Shown here one piece after another: positions 10,064 through 19,064 of a stretch of 64,000 bases of DNA. A program made the position numbers and the translations under genes. The notes beneath the pieces were generated by a model that worked only from the letters and a program-made list of their open reading frames with translations, was not told where the DNA came from and made no database searches. Within the stretch, counting starts at the first letter, position 1; each line of letters starts with the position of its first letter. Source of the DNA: Nitrosopumilus sp. (GTDB taxonomy: Archaea > Thermoproteota > Nitrososphaeria > Nitrososphaerales > Nitrosopumilaceae); contig OZ242041.1 in the NCBI GenBank assembly GCA_965205215.1, forward strand, positions 672,001 to 736,000. The letters are read 5' to 3'.

Positions 10064-11179
10064 TTACTGCCGCTTCCGGCCTGCCTTCTTGATCTTGTTC
10101 AGCTTGCGCTGGTACATTGCCTCGTTGCGTGACTTGTACGGTGTCTGGGTGCTCAGCATATGCCACATTATTGTGACCATCTTGTGCGCCACTGCCACTA
10201 TGCCGAGCGCATGCTTGTCCGCGTGCCGCCGCTTGACGGCCTCGTATACGAGTGCCATCTTCGGGTCGTGCATCACGGCCACCTGCGCGGCCTCGCACAT
10301 GGCCCAGTTTACCAAGCGGTTGGTGTTCTGCTTTTTGATGCGGTTCATCCGCGTCGAGTCGCCGGACTCGCGTACCATCGGGCAGAATCCCGCCATGGAG
10401 ACCAGCTTTTTCGGGCCCTTGAACCGCGTTATGCCGTCTATCTCCACTGCCATCAGCAGCGCGACGAACGGCCCGACGCCGGGCATGCTCATCAGCAGCC
10501 TGGCATCTTTGTTCTGCTCTGTCTCTGCAGTGAGGTGCCTGTCAGTATCCGACAGTGACTCTGTAAGGTACTGCATCTGCCTGACGTGCTTTTGCAGCAC
10601 GAACGTCTCGTTTGCGGTTCCGAGCTCGGTCGCCTCCAGCTGCCTGATGCCCTTGAGCGAGTACAGGTTTTTCGCCCCGATGCTTACGTTGTAGGCGTCA
10701 AGGATGCCGCGGATCCTGTTTATCACCTTGGTCCGGTCCTGGGTCAGCCTGACGTGGTGCCGTATCAGGGTCCTGATGCCGCGGACGTGCTTGGTCGGCA
10801 CGTGGCACGCGTCTATCATGCCGGACCGGAGGAGCACTGCAAGCTTGTGCGCATCCTCCCTGTCCGTCTTTTTTGCGCTCTTGGTGATCATCTTCAGCTT
10901 GTACGGGCTGGCCAGGAAGATGCGGACTCCAGCGTCCTCAAACGCCTCGTACGTGGTTCTCCACATGTTGGCGGTGGATTCGCAGACTGCACTGCATTCA
11001 CCCTTTTCCGCGCCGTACTTGCGCGCCATCTCCCGTGCGGCCTCCCTTGCGTCCCGTATCATGTTGGGGTACTGTCCCCTCTCGGCGACCTCCCCCATGG
11101 GATCCAGGACGCAGTAGTCACACTTTTTCTTACTGATGTCGATTCCTATGCTTGTGGTTGCTGTCATGTGTGTGTCCAT
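10064..11179 (-). CDS. IS110-family DEDD recombinase/transposase
   Basis: GIDISK, CESTA, KTDREDA (RuvC-like DEDD); PGVG and RESG catalytic Ser region. Confidence 0.95.
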   Translation of the reverse strand: MDTHMTATTSIGIDISKKKCDYCVLDPMGEVAERGQYPNMIRDAREAAREMARKYGAEKGECSAVCESTANMWRTTYEAFEDAGVRIFLASPYKLKMITKSAKKTDREDAHKLAVLLRSGMIDACHVPTKHVRGIRTLIRHHVRLTQDRTKVINRIRGILDAYNVSIGAKNLYSLKGIRQLEATELGTANETFVLQKHVRQMQYLTESLSDTDRHLTAETEQNKDARLLMSMPGVGPFVALLMAVEIDGITRFKGPKKLVSMAGFCPMVRESGDSTRMNRIKKQNTNRLVNWAMCEAAQVAVMHDPKMALVYEAVKRRHADKHALGIVAVAHKMVTIMWHMLSTQTPYKSRNEAMYQRKLNKIKKAGRKRQ

Positions 11180-11386
11180 TTTTTGTTCTCACCTCCTTTC
11201 GGATGTCTGGTTTTGACGGAACGGAAGCTGCAGTCACCTATCGGGGCGCGCAGCCCAGTTATACAGCAGCTCGGATTGCCCCATTCAGGTCGAAGAGTGC
11301 GCGGTCTGATTGTATTCCGTGTCCCATGAGTACAGAGGGGTCGCTCCATCACGCCCGTCACGACTAGAAGGGTTATCATCCAATCA
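11180..11386 (-). ncRNA. putative bridge/seek RNA region of IS110 copy A
   Basis: Reverse complement of 13033-13239, with the same target and donor matches. Confidence 0.6.
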
Positions 11387-11428
11387 GGTCGCCACATCTC
11401 ACGATTCGAGCGTATGCGAAGAACCGTC

Positions 11429-12963
11429 TCAGCATGCGGCGGCAGAAGGCGCCGCCGCTGCGGCCCGCACCGGCCGCTCGGCGCGTTCCGGGCAGTCGGG
11501 CGGCTTGAATATGCGCCAGTCGGGATCCTCGATCATGCGCTCCACCGCCATGCGCGGGAACATGCCCATCTTCTGGCACGTGCGCGCGACGGACACCAGC
11601 ACGGAGAACACGTGGCGTCCCTCGGGTTCTGACAGCTGGTGGCGCACGTTGCGGTGCAGCACTACGGTATCGCGTATCTCCAGCTCGGCGGCGTTGTTGT
11701 GGGGCGGCATGCCCGGATACCTCAGGAACGTGAACAGGTGCGGGGCGGCGCCCTCCAGCGTCTCGCGGAACCCGTGCCCTTTTTTGTAGCCCGACGCTAT
11801 GCGCAGCGCGGCCTTTTCGAGGTTCAGGCACTCGGTACTGTCAGCCGACTTGCGGTCCTTGATCCTCCCGTACAGGGAGAGCAGCCTGCGGTAGCACGAC
11901 AGGTCGTCCCCGCCGTTTCTTACGGCGTATTTCTCGGCCTCGCGCAGTATGTGGGCCCAGCAGCGCTGCCGGACCGGCAGCATGCCGTATACCGCATACC
12001 CGTCGGTGACGGCCGGCATGCCGAGCAGGCCGCCAAAGTGCAGCTCCAGCACGGCCGCGGCCCTGCTCGGGGCCGCCACGATATACGTGGCGTCCCCCGC
12101 CGTCGCCAGCCACACGTACCCGCGTTTGCCGTTCATCCTGACGACCGACTCGTCGAACTGCACGAACGCGGCGCGCGAGATACGCTCCAGGATGCCGCTG
12201 TACGCGGATCTGAGCAGGCCTCCCAGCGCCCTGCGCGCGTTCCAGACGGCGTTTGCCGACACCGAAAAGCCGTAGAGCGCCCGGAAATAGTACGATATGG
12301 TCGCGTCAGTCGACCTCTTGGCGTAGTATTCCAGTATGAACCCCAGGGCCCCCGGGCCGAACGACGTGCCGGGCAGCAGCCCGGGGGCCGGGGCGGTGCT
12401 GACCGCGCCGCACCTCCTGCAGAACCCGCGCTCCAGCACGTACGCGACCGTCTCGACGCGCCTGCTGCTTTCGTCCGGAAAGTCGTTTACGATTCTTGTG
12501 ACGGGGGCCGCGTACGCGAGGTGGCCGCGCCCGCAGTTCCGGCACCGGTACAGGCGCAGTCTCATCCTCCTAGAGGGCCTGTTGCCGTGGGACGCGCCCG
12601 CGTGCCCCTCCGGGGGCCCCTGCGCCTGCCCGCCGAACGCCCCTCCGGTTCAGGTCCGTCTTTCGCGCCGCCGTCCCCTCCGCGCCCCTCCTCTTCTGCA
12701 AGCCTCTTCCGGAACGCGTCGCGCTCCGCATTGTACATGGAACCCGTGGAGGACGGCGCGTTCGGATTCTCGTATTTGGCCAGCCTCCTGTCCTGTTCTT
12801 CAATGGTCTCCATAAGCAGGTCTATCTGCTCCTCAAGGCCTGCCCTTATCCTGTCACGCTCGGCCTCCACACGGGCGACCGCATCCTGCAGCCTCTTGAT
12901 CTCCGCCATCATCTTGGCCATCTCCCGGCGCAGCAGCGCCGTCTCGGAATCGCCCATGGACAA
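11429..12963 (-). pseudogene. IS66 transposase split by a frameshift at the G5 run 12612-12616
   Basis: Coiled coil plus NPNAPSS; after the shift PEGHAG, zinc finger, QFDES, TDGY, QRCWAHILR, NNAAELEIR. Confidence 0.88.
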
Positions 12964-13032
12964 TTCGCAGAATATATGATCTATAAGCTTGTCGGCCTAC
13001 CAAAACGACCAACAGAGTCACAGGCACGGACC

Positions 13033-13239
13033 TGATTGGATGATAACCCTTCTAGTCGTGACGGGCGTGATGGAGCGACCCCTCTGTACTCATGGGACAC
13101 GGAATACAATCAGACCGCGCACTCTTCGACCTGAATGGGGCAATCCGAGCTGCTGTATAACTGGGCTGCGCGCCCCGATAGGTGACTGCAGCTTCCGTTC
13201 CGTCAAAACCAGACATCCGAAAGGAGGTGAGAACAAAAA
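13033..13239 (+). ncRNA. putative bridge/seek RNA region of IS110 copy B
   Basis: Contains TGTACTCA (13085-92), CAATCA (13107-12), CGACCTGA (13127-34), ATAGGTGA (13178-85), matching target and donor halves; enclosing stem 13060-77/13191-204. Confidence 0.65.
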
Positions 13240-14355
13240 ATGGACACACACATGACAGCAACCACAAGCATAGGAATCGACATCAGTAAGAAAAAGTGTG
13301 ACTACTGCGTCCTGGATCCCATGGGGGAGGTCGCCGAGAGGGGACAGTACCCCAACATGATACGGGACGCAAGGGAGGCCGCACGGGAGATGGCGCGCAA
13401 GTACGGCGCGGAAAAGGGTGAATGCAGTGCAGTCTGCGAATCCACCGCCAACATGTGGAGAACCACGTACGAGGCGTTTGAGGACGCTGGAGTCCGCATC
13501 TTCCTGGCCAGCCCGTACAAGCTGAAGATGATCACCAAGAGCGCAAAAAAGACGGACAGGGAGGATGCGCACAAGCTTGCAGTGCTCCTCCGGTCCGGCA
13601 TGATAGACGCGTGCCACGTGCCGACCAAGCACGTCCGCGGCATCAGGACCCTGATACGGCACCACGTCAGGCTGACCCAGGACCGGACCAAGGTGATAAA
13701 CAGGATCCGCGGCATCCTTGACGCCTACAACGTAAGCATCGGGGCGAAAAACCTGTACTCGCTCAAGGGCATCAGGCAGCTGGAGGCGACCGAGCTCGGA
13801 ACCGCAAACGAGACGTTCGTGCTGCAAAAGCACGTCAGGCAGATGCAGTACCTTACAGAGTCACTGTCGGATACTGACAGGCACCTCACTGCAGAGACAG
13901 AGCAGAACAAAGATGCCAGGCTGCTGATGAGCATGCCCGGCGTCGGGCCGTTCGTCGCGCTGCTGATGGCAGTGGAGATAGACGGCATAACGCGGTTCAA
14001 GGGCCCGAAAAAGCTGGTCTCCATGGCGGGATTCTGCCCGATGGTACGCGAGTCCGGCGACTCGACGCGGATGAACCGCATCAAAAAGCAGAACACCAAC
14101 CGCTTGGTAAACTGGGCCATGTGCGAGGCCGCGCAGGTGGCCGTGATGCACGACCCGAAGATGGCACTCGTATACGAGGCCGTCAAGCGGCGGCACGCGG
14201 ACAAGCATGCGCTCGGCATAGTGGCAGTGGCGCACAAGATGGTCACAATAATGTGGCATATGCTGAGCACCCAGACACCGTACAAGTCACGCAACGAGGC
14301 AATGTACCAGCGCAAGCTGAACAAGATCAAGAAGGCAGGCCGGAAGCGGCAGTAA
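13240..14355 (+). CDS. IS110-family DEDD recombinase/transposase
   Basis: Identical protein to 10064-11179; GGAGGTGA RBS upstream. Confidence 0.95.
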   Translation: MDTHMTATTSIGIDISKKKCDYCVLDPMGEVAERGQYPNMIRDAREAAREMARKYGAEKGECSAVCESTANMWRTTYEAFEDAGVRIFLASPYKLKMITKSAKKTDREDAHKLAVLLRSGMIDACHVPTKHVRGIRTLIRHHVRLTQDRTKVINRIRGILDAYNVSIGAKNLYSLKGIRQLEATELGTANETFVLQKHVRQMQYLTESLSDTDRHLTAETEQNKDARLLMSMPGVGPFVALLMAVEIDGITRFKGPKKLVSMAGFCPMVRESGDSTRMNRIKKQNTNRLVNWAMCEAAQVAVMHDPKMALVYEAVKRRHADKHALGIVAVAHKMVTIMWHMLSTQTPYKSRNEAMYQRKLNKIKKAGRKRQ

Positions 14356-14395
14356 TCCTACGGGATGCCCGGTCTTGGCAGCTGCCACCCCCAGC

Positions 14396-15780
14396 TAGTT
14401 AGTTGCGCAACCCTGCCTAGAATTTCGAGATACGCCACTTTTGTGAGCTGTTTTGTGCCCCCAAGTAGAATCTTCTTCACACCGCGTCTTATGTGTGCAT
14501 GACGTGATGCCCCATCAGCGATCAAGAAGATGGGGCTAACACATCAGCAACAGCATGTGCTCTCGGAGCGCGAATTTAAGCGGATTGCCGCACCGGCCGG
14601 TCCCCGTGCCCGCCTGCGGGGGAGGGCGCGCGGTTGACCTGCGGGGACGGCGGGGCGATGAAGCGGAAGCGGAGGTCGCGGCCCGGGATGCCGCACGCGC
14701 AGAACGACGCCAGGTACGTGGCGACGGGGCGCGCGCTGGCGCTCGTCACAAGCCCGGATGCGGGGGCGGAGCTGAGGCGTATGAACAGGGGGAAGAACGG
14801 CCGCCCGTACAAGTATCCGGAATCGCTCATAATGACGCTGGCGGGGTTCAGGAGCTACTGCAGGCTCTCGTTTCGCGTATGCGAGGGATTTGCAGGGGGG
14901 CAGCTGGGCGGGGGGAGCGTGCCGCACTTTACCCAGATATGGAGGAGGATGAACGCGCTCGACGTCTCGGTCGGGGCCCGCGCCGTGTCGGTGCGCGGCA
15001 GGAACGGCGTGCTGAACCTGTCCATAGACGGCACCGGAATGAGCCCCAGCGGGCGCAGCGAGTACATCCGGTTCAGGCACAGGGTGGAGCACGGGTTCAT
15101 CAGGTTCGTCATGGTGGTGGATACGGACACTAGGGAGATCCTCTCGTTCAGCATAACGGACGAGACCACCGGCGAGGCGCCGCAGTTCAGGGATCTCACG
15201 CTCGAGGCCCTGGAGAACGCCGGGGTCGGCGCGGGCGCGGCAGGCCGGGTGGGGCGGGGGCCGGGGCCGGGGGCCACACCACGCGGCGGAGGGCCCGAGA
15301 TAGTGATGAGGGCCGACGGCGGGTTCGACTCGCGCCCCATATTCGCATTCTGCGACAGGCTCGGGATCATACCGTACATCAGGGTGGGCATAAGCTCGGC
15401 CACGCGCTCGCGCGGCGTAAACAGGGCCAGGACCCGCGCCGTCCTCGACCAGCTCGGGGGAGGCATGCGCGATCCCCGGGAATTTGCAGAACTGACCAGG
15501 GACGAGAAGGAGGCAAACCGCAAAAAGTGGAAGAAGAGGGTCGGTTACGGCAAAAGATGGCTGGTTGAGATTGTGATCTCGTCGTTCAAGAGGCTGTTCG
15601 GGGACTCCGTGCGTGCGGTACGCTGGAAGTACATCGCGCGGGAGATGACGCTCAAGGTGAACCTCTACAACATGATGCTGAGGGTCCAGAGGGAGGCAAT
15701 GGCAGTGACATAGGGACAGTGCACCTGAACGCAATCATGGGATATGGGCATGCGGGATGAGGGAGTTGCGCAACTAACTA
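14396..15780 (+). mobile_element. IS5-family element copy 2 (1385 bp)
   Basis: Same TIRs; TSD CCCCCAGC at 14388-14395 and 15781-15788. Confidence 0.92.
14634..15713 (+). CDS. IS5-family DDE transposase
   Basis: Identical protein to 8877-9956. Confidence 0.9.
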   Translation: MTCGDGGAMKRKRRSRPGMPHAQNDARYVATGRALALVTSPDAGAELRRMNRGKNGRPYKYPESLIMTLAGFRSYCRLSFRVCEGFAGGQLGGGSVPHFTQIWRRMNALDVSVGARAVSVRGRNGVLNLSIDGTGMSPSGRSEYIRFRHRVEHGFIRFVMVVDTDTREILSFSITDETTGEAPQFRDLTLEALENAGVGAGAAGRVGRGPGPGATPRGGGPEIVMRADGGFDSRPIFAFCDRLGIIPYIRVGISSATRSRGVNRARTRAVLDQLGGGMRDPREFAELTRDEKEANRKKWKKRVGYGKRWLVEIVISSFKRLFGDSVRAVRWKYIAREMTLKVNLYNMMLRVQREAMAVT

Positions 15781-15893
15781 CCCCCAGCGTAAGCTATAAA
15801 CCGCCGGCCACCCAATCACGCACGGAATGGAAGTGCAACGACACAGACACGCCAACTACGCACGAGGGTTAACATAGGTGAGTACATACAACG

Positions 15894-15978
15894 GGTTCCG
15901 TTGCTAATTCGTGACTCCTTTCAAAAAACAATCAGTTTCCATCCTTACCTGCGGAGGTCACAAATTCGCAACGGAACC
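15894..15978. mobile_element. 85-bp MITE with IS6-like terminal inverted repeats
   Basis: ~25-bp imperfect TIR GGTTCCGTTGC(T/G)AATT(C/T)GTGAC; resembles IS6-family GGTTCTGTTGC ends. Confidence 0.6.
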
Positions 15979-16025
15979 ACCTATCGCGGGAGCCGTGCAG
16001 GGCCGTGCCCTTGAGTCCCTCCGGC

Positions 16026-18323
16026 CTAGTGACAATAGCACCTGGCCGCGGCTACCTCTAGTACCTCTTTGGTCGTGAGTTCCCCGTCAACATAGTCTTG
16101 CATTGCGACATGCCACTCGCCTTCCTGTATCGCGCCGTCGCCGTTGCTGTCATACCGCTCTACCGGGGTACGCGGGTCGGGCTCGGGCTCGTCGCTTTCG
16201 GCTACCAGGCAGAACTGTTCGGTACATTCGATGACCCAGTCATCGCCGTACGTGGCTCTGTTCTTGTCATCTTTGGGTTTTTCCTGCTGCGCCTCCGCGG
16301 GCTCTGGCGCGACTACCGTGACCGTCCTGTTCTGCTGGACGGCCTGGGTGCCCGAGCTGTCGGCCACCCTGTAGTGCAGCGAGTACTCAGCGGCCACTGA
16401 CGTGTCCACGGTACCCGTGACGGTCACGTTGGCGGTTATGTTGCGGCCCGCGTGGTCGGTGGCCGCGTAGCCGGGCTCCTCCCACGCCGAGCCGAGCTGT
16501 ATGGTCATGTCGGGCGAGCCGGCCAGTGTGATCACCGGGGGCTGCGGCGGGTTCGGCGTGACTGTCTTTTGCTGCTGCTCCTCCTCCGCGGGCTCTGGCG
16601 CGACTACCGTGACCGTCCTGTTCTGCTGGACGGCCTGGGTGCCCGAGCTGTCGGCCACCCTGTAGTGCAGCGAGTACTCAGCGGCCACTGACGTGTCCAC
16701 GGTACCCGTGACGGTCACGTTGGCGGTTATGTTGCGGCCCGCGTGGTCGGTGGCCGCGTAGCCGGGCTCCTCCCACGCCGAGCCGAGCTGTATGGTCATG
16801 TCGGGCGAGCCGGCCAGTGTGATCACCGGGGGCTGCGGCGGGTTCGGCGTGACTGTCTTTTGCTGCTGCTCCTCCTCCGCGGGCTCTGGCGCGACTACCG
16901 TGACCGTCCTGTTCTGCTGGACGGCCTGGGTGCCCGAGCTGTCGGCCACCCTGTAGTGCAGCGAGTACTCAGCGGCCACTGACGTGTCCACGGTACCCGT
17001 GACGGTCACGTTGGCGGTTATGTTGCGGCCCGCGTGGTCGGTGGCCGCGTAGCCGGGCTCCTCCCACGCCGAGCCGAGCTGTATGGTCATGTCGGGCGAG
17101 CCGGCCAGTGTGATCACCGGGGGCTGCGGCGGGTTCGGCGTGACTGTCTTTTGCTGCTGCTCCTCCTCCGCGGGCTCTGGCGCGACTACCGTGACCGTCC
17201 TGTTCTGCTGGACGGCCTGGGTGCCCGAGCTGTCGGCCACCCTGTAGTGCAGCGAGTACTCAGCGGCCACTGACGTGTCCACGGTACCCGTGACGGTCAC
17301 GTTGGCGGTTATGTTGCGGCCCGCGTGGTCGGTGGCCGCGTAGCCGGGCTCCTCCCACGCCGAGCCGAGCTGTATGGTCATGTCGGGCGAGCCGGCCAGT
17401 GTGATCACCGGGGGCTGCGGCGGGTTCGGCGTGACTGTCTTTTGCTGCTGCTCCTCCTCCGCGGGCTCTGGCGCGACTACCGTGACCGTCCTGTTCTGCT
17501 GGACGGCCTGGGTGCCCGAGCTGTCGGCCACCCTGTAGTGCAGCGAGTACTCAGCGGCCACTGACGTGTCCACGGTACCCGTGACGGTCACGTTGGCGGT
17601 TATGTTGCGGCCCGCGTGGTCGGTGGCCGCGTAGCCGGGCTCCTCCCACGCCGAGCCGAGCTGTATGGTCATGTCGGGCGAGCCGGCCAGTGTGATCACC
17701 GGGGGCTGCGGCGGGTTCGGCGTGACTGTCTTTTGCTGCTGCTGCTGCTGCTGCTGCGCCTCCGCGGGCTCTGGCGCGACCACCTTGGGCTGCGGCGACT
17801 CCGCGGGAGGCGCGACGATGCACGCTTGGACGGTATCGGTCTGTGACCAGTCCATATCGGTGGCCTTCCAGTGCGCAGCCCTGCCGGGGCTGTCGGAGAA
17901 GGGAAACCTGTCGGCGCCAAAGACAAGCTCCAGGCCGTGTCGGTTCTGGATGGGCGTCTCGGTTGCAAATATCAGGTAATCCAGATCCATGTCGAGGTAC
18001 AGGTACTCTACGCCATAGTTGGCGCCCTCATAGTTAATGTGGCGGGGGGTGAGCCACTGGATGCAGGCGGCATCGTACCAGTACCAGCAGCCATGCGAGT
18101 TGCCCGCCTCGTACGTCACAAGGGTGGCGTTCCAGACGACGTCAAAGGCGCGGCCGTCGTCGGTGACGGGCACGCTGCAGGCGAAATTGCCGCTTTGAGC
18201 CGTTGGCGGGCCGTCCGAGTCACCGTCCGATTGCGCAAAGGCGTCCTCGACGGCCGTGACATTCGACAGGCCGTACGCCGCGACTGCCAAAAGGACGATC
18301 ATCGCACAGAGCCCGGGCTTCAT
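16026..18323 (-). CDS. secreted surface protein with five DUF5011/Ig-like repeats and C-terminal EF-hand/dockerin-like domain
   Basis: Signal peptide ending AFA; PVITLAG..WEEPGYAATD..G.VDTS...YSLHYRVADSSG repeats; YDSNGDGAIQ; ends ARCYCH. Confidence 0.85.
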   Translation of the reverse strand: MKPGLCAMIVLLAVAAYGLSNVTAVEDAFAQSDGDSDGPPTAQSGNFACSVPVTDDGRAFDVVWNATLVTYEAGNSHGCWYWYDAACIQWLTPRHINYEGANYGVEYLYLDMDLDYLIFATETPIQNRHGLELVFGADRFPFSDSPGRAAHWKATDMDWSQTDTVQACIVAPPAESPQPKVVAPEPAEAQQQQQQQQKTVTPNPPQPPVITLAGSPDMTIQLGSAWEEPGYAATDHAGRNITANVTVTGTVDTSVAAEYSLHYRVADSSGTQAVQQNRTVTVVAPEPAEEEQQQKTVTPNPPQPPVITLAGSPDMTIQLGSAWEEPGYAATDHAGRNITANVTVTGTVDTSVAAEYSLHYRVADSSGTQAVQQNRTVTVVAPEPAEEEQQQKTVTPNPPQPPVITLAGSPDMTIQLGSAWEEPGYAATDHAGRNITANVTVTGTVDTSVAAEYSLHYRVADSSGTQAVQQNRTVTVVAPEPAEEEQQQKTVTPNPPQPPVITLAGSPDMTIQLGSAWEEPGYAATDHAGRNITANVTVTGTVDTSVAAEYSLHYRVADSSGTQAVQQNRTVTVVAPEPAEEEQQQKTVTPNPPQPPVITLAGSPDMTIQLGSAWEEPGYAATDHAGRNITANVTVTGTVDTSVAAEYSLHYRVADSSGTQAVQQNRTVTVVAPEPAEAQQEKPKDDKNRATYGDDWVIECTEQFCLVAESDEPEPDPRTPVERYDSNGDGAIQEGEWHVAMQDYVDGELTTKEVLEVAAARCYCH
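16292..17779. repeat. 291-bp tandem repeat, five near-perfect copies
   Basis: Units recur at 16299, 16590, 16881, 17172, 17463; (CAG)n poly-Q linker. Confidence 0.95.
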
Positions 18324-18334
18324 CGGTGTTCGAC

Positions 18335-18355
18335 GGGGGGGGGGGGGTATAATAA
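18335..18355 (-). promoter_or_regulatory. TATA box followed by a C13 tract upstream of the surface protein gene
   Basis: Minus strand reads TTATTATA-C13-GTCGAACACCG-ATG; TATA about 24 nt from ATG. Confidence 0.55.
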
Positions 18356-18662
18356 CCTTAACCAATAATTCGAGAAAATATGTACAAACATTAACTATTG
18401 GACAGATCAAATTGGCATATGTTTGGCAGCCTTTCTGCCGGGTACCGGGTGGGTTCTGGCCCCGAATGGGGATTTTTTGGATTACAAGGCGGCCGGATCT
18501 GCGGGTGTTGGCCGGTCCGGGGCCCTGCCGGTGCCCGGGCGCCCGACACCCGCGAGGCGCCCGCCGCGGGCGGCCTGCCGTGCGCCCCGGTTTTCACGGT
18601 ACATGGCAACCCCCCCACCGTCCTTCGGGAACGGTGCCGGATTCGGCATGATCCTGTCCGCT

Positions 18663-19064
18663 TCACGCGTCCGGCGGGCGAAGGAAAATCTGCTCGCGGA
18701 GCACCTGCCAGCGCCCGTCTTCGAAACGCCACTCGATGTTGCACAGGAGCTGCATCTCCTCGCCGCTCATTCCGCTGTGCCTTCGGGTCAGCACGCAGAC
18801 CGCGGTGTCGCCCAGGACATGGAAGTCGTGCCAGTCCGCCCACGTATTGAGCCGCGTCCTGCCCTCTTCGGCCTGCTTGCGGAAATGGGCGATGAATCCC
18901 CCCTTGTCATAGGTGGTTACGGTGCCGTCGGGCATCACCAGGGTCGTATGAAAGTCCCTGTGGTAGATGGCCTCCAGCGCGCCGACGTCGAAGTTGGTCG
19001 CGCGATCGATAAGGCGGTCCATTGCCGCGCGGATCGCCCCTGCCGTGTGGGTGGCGTCTGTCAT
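18663..19064 (-). CDS. NTF2-like/SnoaL (DUF4440) protein
   Basis: DVGALEAIYHRDF, GDTAV, W..EDGRWQVLRE pattern. Confidence 0.8.
   Translation of the reverse strand: MTDATHTAGAIRAAMDRLIDRATNFDVGALEAIYHRDFHTTLVMPDGTVTTYDKGGFIAHFRKQAEEGRTRLNTWADWHDFHVLGDTAVCVLTRRHSGMSGEEMQLLCNIEWRFEDGRWQVLREQIFLRPPDA

Larger units (their letters stand above)
8541..11386 (-). mobile_element. IS110-family (IS1111-type) element copy A, containing an IS5
   Basis: Sub-terminal IRs ATGATAACCCT/ATGTTAACCCT 7 and 3 nt from the ends; TGA core at both junctions; ~1453 bp without the IS5. Confidence 0.9.
13033..15878 (+). mobile_element. IS110-family (IS1111-type) element copy B, containing an IS5
   Basis: Inverted copy of A; IRs at 13040-13050 and 15865-15875; inserted at GACC|TGA|GTACATAC. 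Confidence 0.9.
8530..15889 (-). mobile_element. IS66-family element (ISBst12-like, ~1668 bp native) with both TIRs interrupted by IS110 copies
   Basis: 8-bp TSD AACGGGTT at 8522-8529 and 15890-15897; reconstructed TIR GTATG(G/T)ACTCAGGTC. Confidence 0.9.

Noticed and set aside
8639-15780. Composite transposon bounded by the two direct IS5 copies
   Set aside because: Each IS5 has its own TSD; the outer flanks GCTGGGGG and CCCCCAGC are not a direct repeat, and the true outer TSD belongs to IS66
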